A stretch of 64,000 nt of DNA from an uncultured virus (IMG/VR IMGVR_UViG_3300022927_000016). Taxonomy: Duplodnaviria > Heunggongvirae > Uroviricota > Caudoviricetes. Location of the stretch: the IMG/VR virus record IMGVR_UViG_3300022927_000016. The stretch is one strand, 5' to 3'. A program made the translations under genes and the position numbers. Below are positions 47,855 to 56,445 of the stretch, one piece after another (the stretch's first letter is position 1; each line of letters begins with the position of its first letter). The notes under the pieces were generated by a model. That model made no database searches. It had not been told where the DNA came from and worked only from the letters and a program-made list of their open reading frames with translations.

Positions 47855-48770
47855 TAATAAATTCTTTGTTAGGCACATTACACTGCTTTGCTACATCAAT
47901 TAATTGTTTCTGTTCTTCCTTGTCAAGCAGTGCTATATCAAGATGTAAAGGATATGTTAATACGTTTATATACCAACGTACATCTTGAAAACGTCTGCAA
48001 AAGTCATTTAGTTTTTCTAAACCCATATAATTGTTTTTGTGTAACACAGTATTAAATTCTAAATTAAAACTTTTGTCGTAAACCCAGTCAATAAACTTAA
48101 CCACGTCGGCCCACTTAGTACCGCCTCTAACTTTTTCTGCAAGTTCTCCAGTGCCGTCGATGCTTAGAATAAATGTAACATCTTTGTATTGATTTAGTTC
48201 CTTAACTATATCGTCATTAGGAATAAATGTTCCATTCGTATTGTATATTACCGTTACTTTACTTTTGTGTTTAATTTGATATAACAATCGCAGATGTCTA
48301 TCTGTAATTAATGGCTCACCGCCTAAAAATAAAATCTTTTCAATTGTATCAGGAACGTTGGTTACTGCATCAATCTCCATCAACTTGTGTTTTGGTGCTC
48401 CATAAATGTTTTTTTCTTTTACAATCCAACTTGTACTAAACTCTGAATTACATCCGTCGCAAGTTAGGTTGCACAAGTTATCAAACCCAATTTCTAAAAA
48501 TTTAAGTTCAACGGAATTAGTATCATATTTTTCATTAAATTCTTGGCGTAGACTTTTGTGTTGTATTGATTCTTCATAATAACATTTTTCACAACCTGGT
48601 ATACGTTCGCCTGACTCGCTTTGTTGTCGAAGTTCCTTGTATGCATCAGAGTGCAATATGTTGTCTACATTTCCATCAAACGTATCAATAGAATGTTTAA
48701 ATCGGCAACAAGGATAGACTCTATTGCCACTACGTATATTAGTGTGTTTCCAAAATGCACTACACTTCAT
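47832..48770 (-). CDS. Radical SAM enzyme with N-terminal SPASM/Twitch-like domain
   Basis: N-terminal C..FW...G.VYPCC...CEKC; CNLTCDGC; GGEPL; NTNG; SIDG. Confidence 0.9.
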   Translation of the reverse strand: MKCSAFWKHTNIRSGNRVYPCCRFKHSIDTFDGNVDNILHSDAYKELRQQSESGERIPGCEKCYYEESIQHKSLRQEFNEKYDTNSVELKFLEIGFDNLCNLTCDGCNSEFSTSWIVKEKNIYGAPKHKLMEIDAVTNVPDTIEKILFLGGEPLITDRHLRLLYQIKHKSKVTVIYNTNGTFIPNDDIVKELNQYKDVTFILSIDGTGELAEKVRGGTKWADVVKFIDWVYDKSFNLEFNTVLHKNNYMGLEKLNDFCRRFQDVRWYINVLTYPLHLDIALLDKEEQKQLIDVAKQCNVPNKEFIINHLRTS

Positions 48771-49176
48771 AATATGGAATCCATTTATCGTCTAAATCTT
48801 TTTGTAAGCATTTGGTTGCTAAATCTAGAAACGGTTTATAATCTATTTTGGTTTTATCTTCATTACGTAATGGATCAAAAACAAATATGTTGCTTCTGTT
48901 TGTAATGTCTAATTCATCTGTATGTATGTTTAAGAACACCGGTTTGTTGGTGTCTAAGACGCATTTTAAAGCGCCTACACTGCATATAACATAGTCAGCA
49001 CTATCAAACATAGCCTCTAGGTCTTTCTGGTGCTTATAAGACGTTTTAACAAGGTTTACACGTTCTTGTAACCAATTTGTAAGATGTGTTTCTAATACAT
49101 TATCGTTAAGAGGCAACATCAATACATAACTAAATTTATTTTGGTTTGCATCTTTGAATAATTTTTCAATGTTCAT
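48760..49176 (-). CDS. Hypothetical protein
   Basis: Coupled ORF in minus-strand three-gene unit. Confidence 0.5.
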   Translation of the reverse strand: MNIEKLFKDANQNKFSYVLMLPLNDNVLETHLTNWLQERVNLVKTSYKHQKDLEAMFDSADYVICSVGALKCVLDTNKPVFLNIHTDELDITNRSNIFVFDPLRNEDKTKIDYKPFLDLATKCLQKDLDDKWIPYYEV

Positions 49177-49766
49177 TTCTTAATGATTTCTAAATCAAAT
49201 GTAATTATACTTAGAGGATTTTCACTTTGATTTGGCGTAGTGCTTATATCAAAATATCCAGGAATAAAATATATTTCACCCTCGGGCATAGGCAAATATG
49301 TTTGCCAACTATTAAGTGCATTTCTATTTTCTATAGGAATACTATTGTAGTAATATTCACTAGCAGGATTATCAACAACTAATCCTCCACTCTTAGGATC
49401 ACTAGTTACAAAATACATACCGGTATAAAAACTTTGGGTATTTTTCTTTTTAGTTAAACACCCACCTGGCATAATACATTGTATCGTCGACCGTGTTATG
49501 GCAATATGCTGACCTTGTTTAATATCAAATTCTTTAAAAATAGTTTTACAGAATTCTTTAATTTCTTCACTTTCACTAATATGCTTAAATGCATTATTAG
49601 TTTGGAAGTTGTCTTTACTTTGCCAAGTGTTAATATGTTGAACATTTGTATTGTTTGATTGCTTTTGGAAATCTTCAACCAGTCGTCCAAACATAGCCTT
49701 TACGTCAGCGTGTTTAGCAAACGTACTGTGATACATAGTGTTTACAAAAATATTCAATTGATCCAT
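49173..49766 (-). CDS. Degenerate 2OG-Fe(II) oxygenase-like protein (TIGR02466-like fold, ligands missing)
   Basis: WQS, G.Y.V, SG.L...NP, EG.I..IPG....T.PN.S scaffold without HxH, distal His or Arg; start 49766 (alternative 49772). Confidence 0.6.
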   Translation of the reverse strand: MDQLNIFVNTMYHSTFAKHADVKAMFGRLVEDFQKQSNNTNVQHINTWQSKDNFQTNNAFKHISESEEIKEFCKTIFKEFDIKQGQHIAITRSTIQCIMPGGCLTKKKNTQSFYTGMYFVTSDPKSGGLVVDNPASEYYYNSIPIENRNALNSWQTYLPMPEGEIYFIPGYFDISTTPNQSENPLSIITFDLEIIKK

Positions 49767-49829
49767 ATACATACTTATTTTACGCTCAAATACGAATAGT
49801 CTAGTCTGGCTGAAAATGTAAATATCTAC

Positions 49830-50597
49830 ATGAAAGTAGTATTAGTAACAGGTGGTTTTGATCCACTACACTCAGGGCATATTGCCTATCTTAAAGAAGC
49901 AAAAAAGTTAGGCGACAAACTTATTGTTGGTGTAAACAGTGATGCCTGGCTAACACGCAAGAAAGGCAGACCTTTTATGCCTTTTGAAGAGCGTGTTGCA
50001 TTAATACGAGAAATGAAAATTGTAGATAAAGTAATCGGATTTGACGATGCAGATAATTCGGCTTGTCAAGCAATTTTTCATACTCTAAGTACACATGGAG
50101 ATATCAAACTAATCTTTGCCAATGGCGGAGATAGAACTAACATAACAACACCTGAATACAAAACATACGGAGATCATCCTCTTGTAGAGTTTGTGTTTGG
50201 CGTCGGTGGTGAAGATAAAAAGAATAGTAGCAGTTGGATACTCGACGAATGGAAAACACAAAAGACAGAACGTGACTGGGGTTATTGGCGTGTACTAGAT
50301 GACAAGCCAGAGAAAGGTTACAAAGTAAAAGAACTTGTAATATACCCAGGAAAAAGTCTTTCTATGCAATGTCACTTTAAACGTAGTGAACAATGGAATA
50401 TATTAGAAGGAGTTGTCAAAATGGAAACTGAATACGACGGCAGAACAGATATTGTGCATTTAGAATCACATAATAAACCTTATGAGATTGGTATCGGTGT
50501 ATGGCACAAAGCCAGTAATCCAAACGGAGTTAATGCTCATGTATTAGAAATACAAAGAGGCACTGAATGTGTTGAGGAAGATATAGAACGCAGATGA
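49830..50597 (+). CDS. Cytidylyltransferase-like domain fused to mannose-6-P isomerase type II cupin
   Basis: VTGGFDPLHSGH, NSD.WL.RKKG, FANGGDR, KNSSS; then R.WG...VL, SMQ.H..RSE.W, WH, LEIQ.G...EEDI.R. Confidence 0.85.
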   Translation: MKVVLVTGGFDPLHSGHIAYLKEAKKLGDKLIVGVNSDAWLTRKKGRPFMPFEERVALIREMKIVDKVIGFDDADNSACQAIFHTLSTHGDIKLIFANGGDRTNITTPEYKTYGDHPLVEFVFGVGGEDKKNSSSWILDEWKTQKTERDWGYWRVLDDKPEKGYKVKELVIYPGKSLSMQCHFKRSEQWNILEGVVKMETEYDGRTDIVHLESHNKPYEIGIGVWHKASNPNGVNAHVLEIQRGTECVEEDIERR

Positions 50598-51289
50598 CAC
50601 AAAAAATATACGTAGGTTACGACACAAGAGAAGACATTGCATGGCAAGTTTGCAAACATAGTATTGAAGTTAATTCTCCAACAGCAGTTGTTGAACCACT
50701 TAAACTTACAGAACTAAGAGAACACGGTTGGTACTGGAGAGACGTAGATAAGTTAGGATCAACTGAATTTACATTTAGTAGATTTTTAATTCCGGAACTA
50801 ATGAACTTTCAAGGCTGGGCATTGTTTTGCGATAGCGATATTGTGTTTTTAGAAAATGTAAAAAACTTGTTTGATCAAGCAGATGACAAATATGCAGTCA
50901 TGTGTGCAAAGCACGACTATACACCTAAACCTGGAATCAAAATGGATGGCCAAACACAAACTGTTTATCCACGTAAGAATTGGTCAAGCGTTGTGTTATT
51001 CAACTGTGCTCATCCAAGTAACCAAGCACTTACTACAGAATTAGTTAATAATCCTCAAACCACAGGCAAGTACTTGCATAGATTTAGTTGGCTAAAAGAC
51101 GAAGAAATAGGAACACTGAGTCATGAGTGGAATTGGCTTGTTGGCTGGTATGAAGAACCGCAAGACGGGACTCCAAAAGCATTACACTATACAGAAGGTG
51201 GACCGTGGTTTGAAAACTATAGACACTGTGCATATGGAGATGTCTGGAAAAAGTTTCTCACAGATATGATGTACTCAAATGACGATTGA
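50594..51289 (+). CDS. GT-A glycosyltransferase (GT8-like)
   Basis: IYVGYD.RED, STEFTFSRFL.P, FCDSD (DxD), YPRKNWSS, WNWL, HYTEGGPW. Confidence 0.85.
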   Translation: MTQKIYVGYDTREDIAWQVCKHSIEVNSPTAVVEPLKLTELREHGWYWRDVDKLGSTEFTFSRFLIPELMNFQGWALFCDSDIVFLENVKNLFDQADDKYAVMCAKHDYTPKPGIKMDGQTQTVYPRKNWSSVVLFNCAHPSNQALTTELVNNPQTTGKYLHRFSWLKDEEIGTLSHEWNWLVGWYEEPQDGTPKALHYTEGGPWFENYRHCAYGDVWKKFLTDMMYSNDD

Positions 51290-51746
51290 AGAAAAAGTTA
51301 AAGACTGGGCATTCGGCCAATTATCAAAAGTAAGCGAGCAATTTAATAATATGTCTCCTTGCCCTTACGCTAAGGCTACCTTTGTTAATGATAAAGTTTC
51401 ATTTGTAAAAACAGATTACAAAGATTTTTTAGATACAGTTACAAAGGAAACATTAAACTTCACAGGTGAAAAAGATGTTGTAATTGTTTACTCCGAACAC
51501 AATCCTTTTGGGTTAGATTATCTTGAAGGTAGTGTAGAAGCAATGAACTTTGCATTAAATCATATGAAAAAAGATATATGGTTATTAGGATTCCATCATG
51601 AATGGACAATGGTGTTTATTCAAAAAATTACAAAACTTGACGATGCCAGTATTGACTTAGAACAAAAGGGGTATTACAATAATTATAACAAAGACCAGTT
51701 TGATCATTATGTTGCAAAAAGAAGAAAATTGAGAGATAGATTATGA
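51279..51746 (+). CDS. Hypothetical protein (CPYA motif)
   Basis: Coupled ORF; PCPYAK ... L..AS..L...GYY. Confidence 0.5.
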   Translation: MTIEEKVKDWAFGQLSKVSEQFNNMSPCPYAKATFVNDKVSFVKTDYKDFLDTVTKETLNFTGEKDVVIVYSEHNPFGLDYLEGSVEAMNFALNHMKKDIWLLGFHHEWTMVFIQKITKLDDASIDLEQKGYYNNYNKDQFDHYVAKRRKLRDRL

Positions 51747-52543
51747 GAGACCACTGTTACATAACTGACTCCGAAGATGCTATTATTAAATTATTAATAT
51801 CCTCGTTTAAGAACAATCAACTCATCGGCTATAAAGAACTAGCAACAAAACCTGACAGAGTTCCATTAGTTGTTAGAGGTATGACTGAGCGTAAAGCCAT
51901 TGAAGTTGCTATTAAACAACATAGGGATTTCTATTACATTGATACAGGATATATGGGCAACTTACAAAAAAGAAAAGATTGGCATCGCGTTGTAAAAAAT
52001 AATGTACAACACACAACACCGCGGTATGACTTACCAGATGACCGTTTTAATCAAGCGGCGAGTAGAGATAGATTTACTGGTTGGAAAAAAATGGACGGTC
52101 CTATACTACTAGTAACTCCTAGTGCAAAACCTTGTAACTATTATAATATTAATAGAGATCAATGGGTAAATGATACCATTATTGAAATTAAAAAATATAC
52201 TGATAGACCTATTATTATTAGAGATAAAGGACTACGTAGAGAACGACTAGGCGATAACAGCGTACCAGCACAGTTGTTAAGAGATAACATTCATTGTTTA
52301 GTAACATACAATTCGATTGCGGCAACTGAAGCAATTAGTATGGGAGTTCCTGCTATTGCACTTGCCCCAGGTGCGGCAGGAGAGTTATGTACGGACTCAA
52401 TAAGCAAAATTGAATCACCATACTTTCCAGATGAAGATAAAGTTATTGCTTGGCAAAATTGGTTAGCGTATTGCCAATACACAACAACAGAATTACGTAC
52501 AGGATTAGCACTAGGAATACAAGAGGATTTAAATTTATGTTAA
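51743..52543 (+). CDS. Capsule-synthesis (KpsS/KpsC-like) GT-B protein
   Basis: YYIDTGY, TDRPI..R.K, LVTYNS.AA.EA...GVP, W...LAY.Q.T..E. Confidence 0.55.
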   Translation: MRDHCYITDSEDAIIKLLISSFKNNQLIGYKELATKPDRVPLVVRGMTERKAIEVAIKQHRDFYYIDTGYMGNLQKRKDWHRVVKNNVQHTTPRYDLPDDRFNQAASRDRFTGWKKMDGPILLVTPSAKPCNYYNINRDQWVNDTIIEIKKYTDRPIIIRDKGLRRERLGDNSVPAQLLRDNIHCLVTYNSIAATEAISMGVPAIALAPGAAGELCTDSISKIESPYFPDEDKVIAWQNWLAYCQYTTTELRTGLALGIQEDLNLC

Positions 52544-53463
52544 CAGTAGCATCATACATGAAGGTTATTCCACCAGGGAATTCAAATCCTGAAAAACCAG
52601 CATTACTAAAAAACTTTATTACAGGTGTAAATGCATCTGGAGACCGAGGAATTATTTGTCAAACATTTCATCCAATGGATACCGATGTAGCAGTTATTCA
52701 AGGCTTTGTCCATGCTAACAGTAAAAATGTTCCTCATCTTAAATTGCGTAGACAAGTATATGAAAATCAAATGCGAAGAGAAAAGAAGTGTATTATTGTA
52801 GACAGTAACTTATTCCTAGCATATGACCCTAACAATACTAAAACATATCTACGTTACAGTTACGATGGCATTTTTGCAAACACTGGAGATTATTGTTATT
52901 CTAAAGAAACCGTAGATCCAAAACGATGGGATAAGATAGCAAAGGATTTAAACATTCAAGTTAAACCTTGGCGTATGGCAGATCATGGACATATTCTTAT
53001 TGCTTGTCAGCGAGACGGCGGCTGGAGTATGCAAGGACAAAATGTATTACAATGGTTAGAACAAACAGTTAACAAAATTCGTAAAGTTACAGACTCCCCT
53101 ATAGTTGTACGTTTTCATCCAGGGGATAAACGTAGAGATTTATATCCTAGAATGATCAAACATCTTGATGTAATTCCAAGTACAAAGACAACTCTACTAC
53201 ACGACTTACAATCTGCAAAAGCATTCGTAGGACATAACAGCAGTCCTGGAGTAATTGCGGCAATTGAAGGTGTGCCTGTATTTTTGACAGACGCTGGAAG
53301 AAGTCAGGCTAAAGATGTTTCTCATTATAATTTTAACGATTTACTTCATCCTAAAGTCTTTGATAGAACAGAATGGTTACAGAAATTAGCAATGTGTCAT
53401 TGGACTTTAGATGAATTAAAAACTGGAGAGTGTTGGCAACATATGAGGAAATTTATCAAATGA
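52537..53463 (+). CDS. Capsule-synthesis (KpsS-like) GT-B protein, paralog
   Basis: KPWR...HIL..Q, VRFHP, HNSS....A.IEGVP, W...LA...W...E...G. Confidence 0.55.
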   Translation: MLTVASYMKVIPPGNSNPEKPALLKNFITGVNASGDRGIICQTFHPMDTDVAVIQGFVHANSKNVPHLKLRRQVYENQMRREKKCIIVDSNLFLAYDPNNTKTYLRYSYDGIFANTGDYCYSKETVDPKRWDKIAKDLNIQVKPWRMADHGHILIACQRDGGWSMQGQNVLQWLEQTVNKIRKVTDSPIVVRFHPGDKRRDLYPRMIKHLDVIPSTKTTLLHDLQSAKAFVGHNSSPGVIAAIEGVPVFLTDAGRSQAKDVSHYNFNDLLHPKVFDRTEWLQKLAMCHWTLDELKTGECWQHMRKFIK

Positions 53464-54287
53464 GAATACTAGTAGTCACAACATTCCATCAAGCAGGCAT
53501 GGAAGTATACGGCCAAAGATTTATTGACACGTTTAGTACAAATGTAGATAAGCGTATTGATTTAAGAGTATACGCTGAAAATTGTAATCCAATAGTTCCA
53601 GAAGGAGAAGATCGAATTGCAATCTTTTCTGCTGAATCCAATCTTCAAAAGTTACAAGCATTTAAACAAAAGTGGAAAGATGTTCCTAAGGCAAATGGAA
53701 AATGTCCTCCAGAAATTAAAGTCAAACGTCCACGAGATTGGCATAAAGAATTTAAATGGGACGCAATACGCTTTGCCAATAAAGTATATGCTGTATTTGA
53801 AGCCTGTCAAGATCCCGAATATGATCTAGTTGTATGGATGGATGCTGACACAGTTTGTCATAGTCCAATCACGTATGAAAAATTTATTAGTTTCTTTCCT
53901 ACAAGCACATGGCTAAGTTATTTAGGTAGAGGACATAAATGGCCCGAGTGTGGATTTTATGGACTGCAAGTTAAGAAGACTGCCTCTAAAGATTTTCTAA
54001 AAGAATTTGAACGTGTCTATGAAGATGCTGATAATGGAATTTTTAGAATGGAAGAGTGGCACGATAGTTATGTATTTGACGAAGTTCTTAAAAAGATTAG
54101 AACGACATATCCTGAGATACACGATTTAAGCGGACATTTAGTTAAAGGAGAAGGGCACCCCCTTATCAATTGCGAACTAGGTGCATACTTTGATCATCTT
54201 AAAGGCGGACGTAAATCCGAAGGTATGAGTCGCCGTAAAGATCTTTTTAGAGTACGGAAAGAGGCATATTGGCAACAGGTAAAATAA
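53460..54287 (+). CDS. GT-A glycosyltransferase
   Basis: RF..KVYA, WMDAD (DxD), ECGF, EWHDS.VFD, DHLKG. Confidence 0.75.
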   Translation: MRILVVTTFHQAGMEVYGQRFIDTFSTNVDKRIDLRVYAENCNPIVPEGEDRIAIFSAESNLQKLQAFKQKWKDVPKANGKCPPEIKVKRPRDWHKEFKWDAIRFANKVYAVFEACQDPEYDLVVWMDADTVCHSPITYEKFISFFPTSTWLSYLGRGHKWPECGFYGLQVKKTASKDFLKEFERVYEDADNGIFRMEEWHDSYVFDEVLKKIRTTYPEIHDLSGHLVKGEGHPLINCELGAYFDHLKGGRKSEGMSRRKDLFRVRKEAYWQQVK

Positions 54288-55129
54288 AATTCAGTTTGTT
54301 TACAGACTATGGAGCACTTAATTCAAAAACAGTGTTCCAAGCATTTGCTCAAGGCTGTCAACAGTTAGGACATGATGTTGTTTACAACGACATGAATGCC
54401 GACGTTGCTGTTATCTGGAGTATACTGTGGCATGGAAGAATGACAGCGAATAAAAAAGTTTGGGATCATTTTAGAAATCAAAATAAGAATGTTATAGTAT
54501 TAGAAGTAGGAGCATTGCATAGAAATGTTACATGGAAAGTAGGTATAAATGGAATTAATAGAGACGCTTATTTTGGCGATGTGGGTATGGATAGTAGTCG
54601 TGCTGTTGGTCTCGGTGTTAAATTAAAACCTTGGCAAGATCCAGGAGAACATATATTAATTTGTACACAACATGATAAGAGTAGACAATGGGAAGGACTT
54701 CCGCCTATTAGTGATTGGGTGTTAGAAGTTATAGATCATATTAGAAGTCAAACCGATCGTTCGGTTATAATTCGCCCGCATCCTAGATGTAAACTTGAAG
54801 GTATTCAACACGAGTTTCCTAATGTTAAATTACAGCATCCGGTTCATATTAACGGTACATATGATGATTTTGATTTAGACTTTAACAATGTGTATGCTAT
54901 TGTTAATTGGTCTAGCAATCCTGCTATCCAATCAATCATCGAAGGTGTGCCTGCATATGTAAGTCAACACAGTCTAGCATATGATGTTGGTAATCCTATT
55001 TTTGGAGATTACAATAATCCAATCAGGCCTGATAGACAACAATGGATTAACGATTTGGTACATACAGAATGGAGTGTACCTGAAATTGCACAAGGTATTC
55101 CACAAAAACGCTTGACTTCTTTATTATAA
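54269..55129 (+). CDS. Capsule-synthesis (KpsS-like) GT-B protein, paralog
   Basis: LKPW...G.HIL...Q, IRPHP, NWSS.PA...I.EGVP, DR.QW...L...W...EI..G; TTG start uncertain. Confidence 0.55.
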   Translation: MATGKIKFSLFTDYGALNSKTVFQAFAQGCQQLGHDVVYNDMNADVAVIWSILWHGRMTANKKVWDHFRNQNKNVIVLEVGALHRNVTWKVGINGINRDAYFGDVGMDSSRAVGLGVKLKPWQDPGEHILICTQHDKSRQWEGLPPISDWVLEVIDHIRSQTDRSVIIRPHPRCKLEGIQHEFPNVKLQHPVHINGTYDDFDLDFNNVYAIVNWSSNPAIQSIIEGVPAYVSQHSLAYDVGNPIFGDYNNPIRPDRQQWINDLVHTEWSVPEIAQGIPQKRLTSLL

Positions 55130-55140
55130 GACTGTATACT
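55112..55140 (+). promoter_or_regulatory. Sigma70-type promoter
   Basis: TTGACT-17 nt-TATACT upstream of 55168/uvsW unit. Confidence 0.75.
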
Positions 55141-55167
55141 AGTTCATAATAGTAGAGGATTCATTTA

Positions 55168-56445
55168 ATGAAACATAGTTATTCAATAGAGGATTGTCTT
55201 GAGTTTCTTGTAGGACACTCAATTGTTCCTGGATTACACTGGAAAGATAAACCATTTAATCTCTATAACGAAAATAGAAAGGTACTGTATAGTATCGGTA
55301 CCCAGGTGTTTAAAGGAAAAGCATTAACTGATAAACAGCATGAGTTGGTTAAATCCTTGTTGGTTGAATGGTACTCAGATCAATTTAAAGCAGTTGGAAT
55401 CAATATTGATCATCATGTCGACATACTACGTTCAGAATATAGAGTTGTAGATAAAAGTCATTGGGTTAAGAAAACTACTTCAGAAGGAAACACATATATT
55501 AGTATACGTTTTCCGTTTAGTAATAATGCTATTGATCATATTGCTAAAATCAAATCATTAACTAGTGATAGACTTACTCACAAAGAAGATTATGTGTATA
55601 AAGATCATATTCATAGTTTTAGATACAACGAAATTAATGTTTATAAAATAGTTAATATAGCAAATTCATTTGATAATAAGCCTTTTGAGTTTGATGAAGA
55701 AGTTATTCAAGACTATAATGATATTAAAAAATTTGATACAAACAAAGATGAATATGTTCCTGGCATTTACAATTTAGAATATAAAAACATTCCAACTACA
55801 TTAGAATCACATCTAACCAAACTATATGGCAAACCGTCCGAAAGTAATATCGTAGAACTTTGGGATAAAAGGCGTCTATATGGATTACACTCGTTTGACA
55901 CTATTGATATTAGTAACTATTCAACATTATCAAATAAAATTTTAGAAAGACAAGTTGCAAATATTCAAATTAGATCTGATGTTTGGACACTTGAACAACT
56001 GTTTGAATCAATCCGAGAACTAAATCGATTTCCGTTATTGGTGCTTATTAATGAGGATTATGCATCTGATGAGTTGTCTATGTTTTGGAATGTTGTAAAA
56101 GGATTTATAGATAATAATGAGGTTTCAGTAACTTTTAGATTGGATAATAAAAATAATGAGGAATTTAACCAATTCATCAGAGATAAGGGATTAAATAATA
56201 GTGTAACAAATAAAACTAAAATTGTTGTTGCTAATAGAAAGAAAATTTCAAAGCCGGTTATTAAGTCTGAATGGACACCAACGTGTATGTTAACATTTGG
56301 TACTTCACGAATCCCAAATCATATTGTTAATATCTACATGGAAAGTTTTGACTTAAAATTCTTTTATATAAAAGAAGACAGTTTAATATCTAGTACTATG
56401 CGTTCAAGACTACGCAAATACGACGAAGGAATTATTACAATATGA
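55168..56445 (+). CDS. Hypothetical protein co-transcribed with uvsW
   Basis: 425-aa ORF, gagga SD, ATGA overlap with uvsW. Confidence 0.6.
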   Translation: MKHSYSIEDCLEFLVGHSIVPGLHWKDKPFNLYNENRKVLYSIGTQVFKGKALTDKQHELVKSLLVEWYSDQFKAVGINIDHHVDILRSEYRVVDKSHWVKKTTSEGNTYISIRFPFSNNAIDHIAKIKSLTSDRLTHKEDYVYKDHIHSFRYNEINVYKIVNIANSFDNKPFEFDEEVIQDYNDIKKFDTNKDEYVPGIYNLEYKNIPTTLESHLTKLYGKPSESNIVELWDKRRLYGLHSFDTIDISNYSTLSNKILERQVANIQIRSDVWTLEQLFESIRELNRFPLLVLINEDYASDELSMFWNVVKGFIDNNEVSVTFRLDNKNNEEFNQFIRDKGLNNSVTNKTKIVVANRKKISKPVIKSEWTPTCMLTFGTSRIPNHIVNIYMESFDLKFFYIKEDSLISSTMRSRLRKYDEGIITI

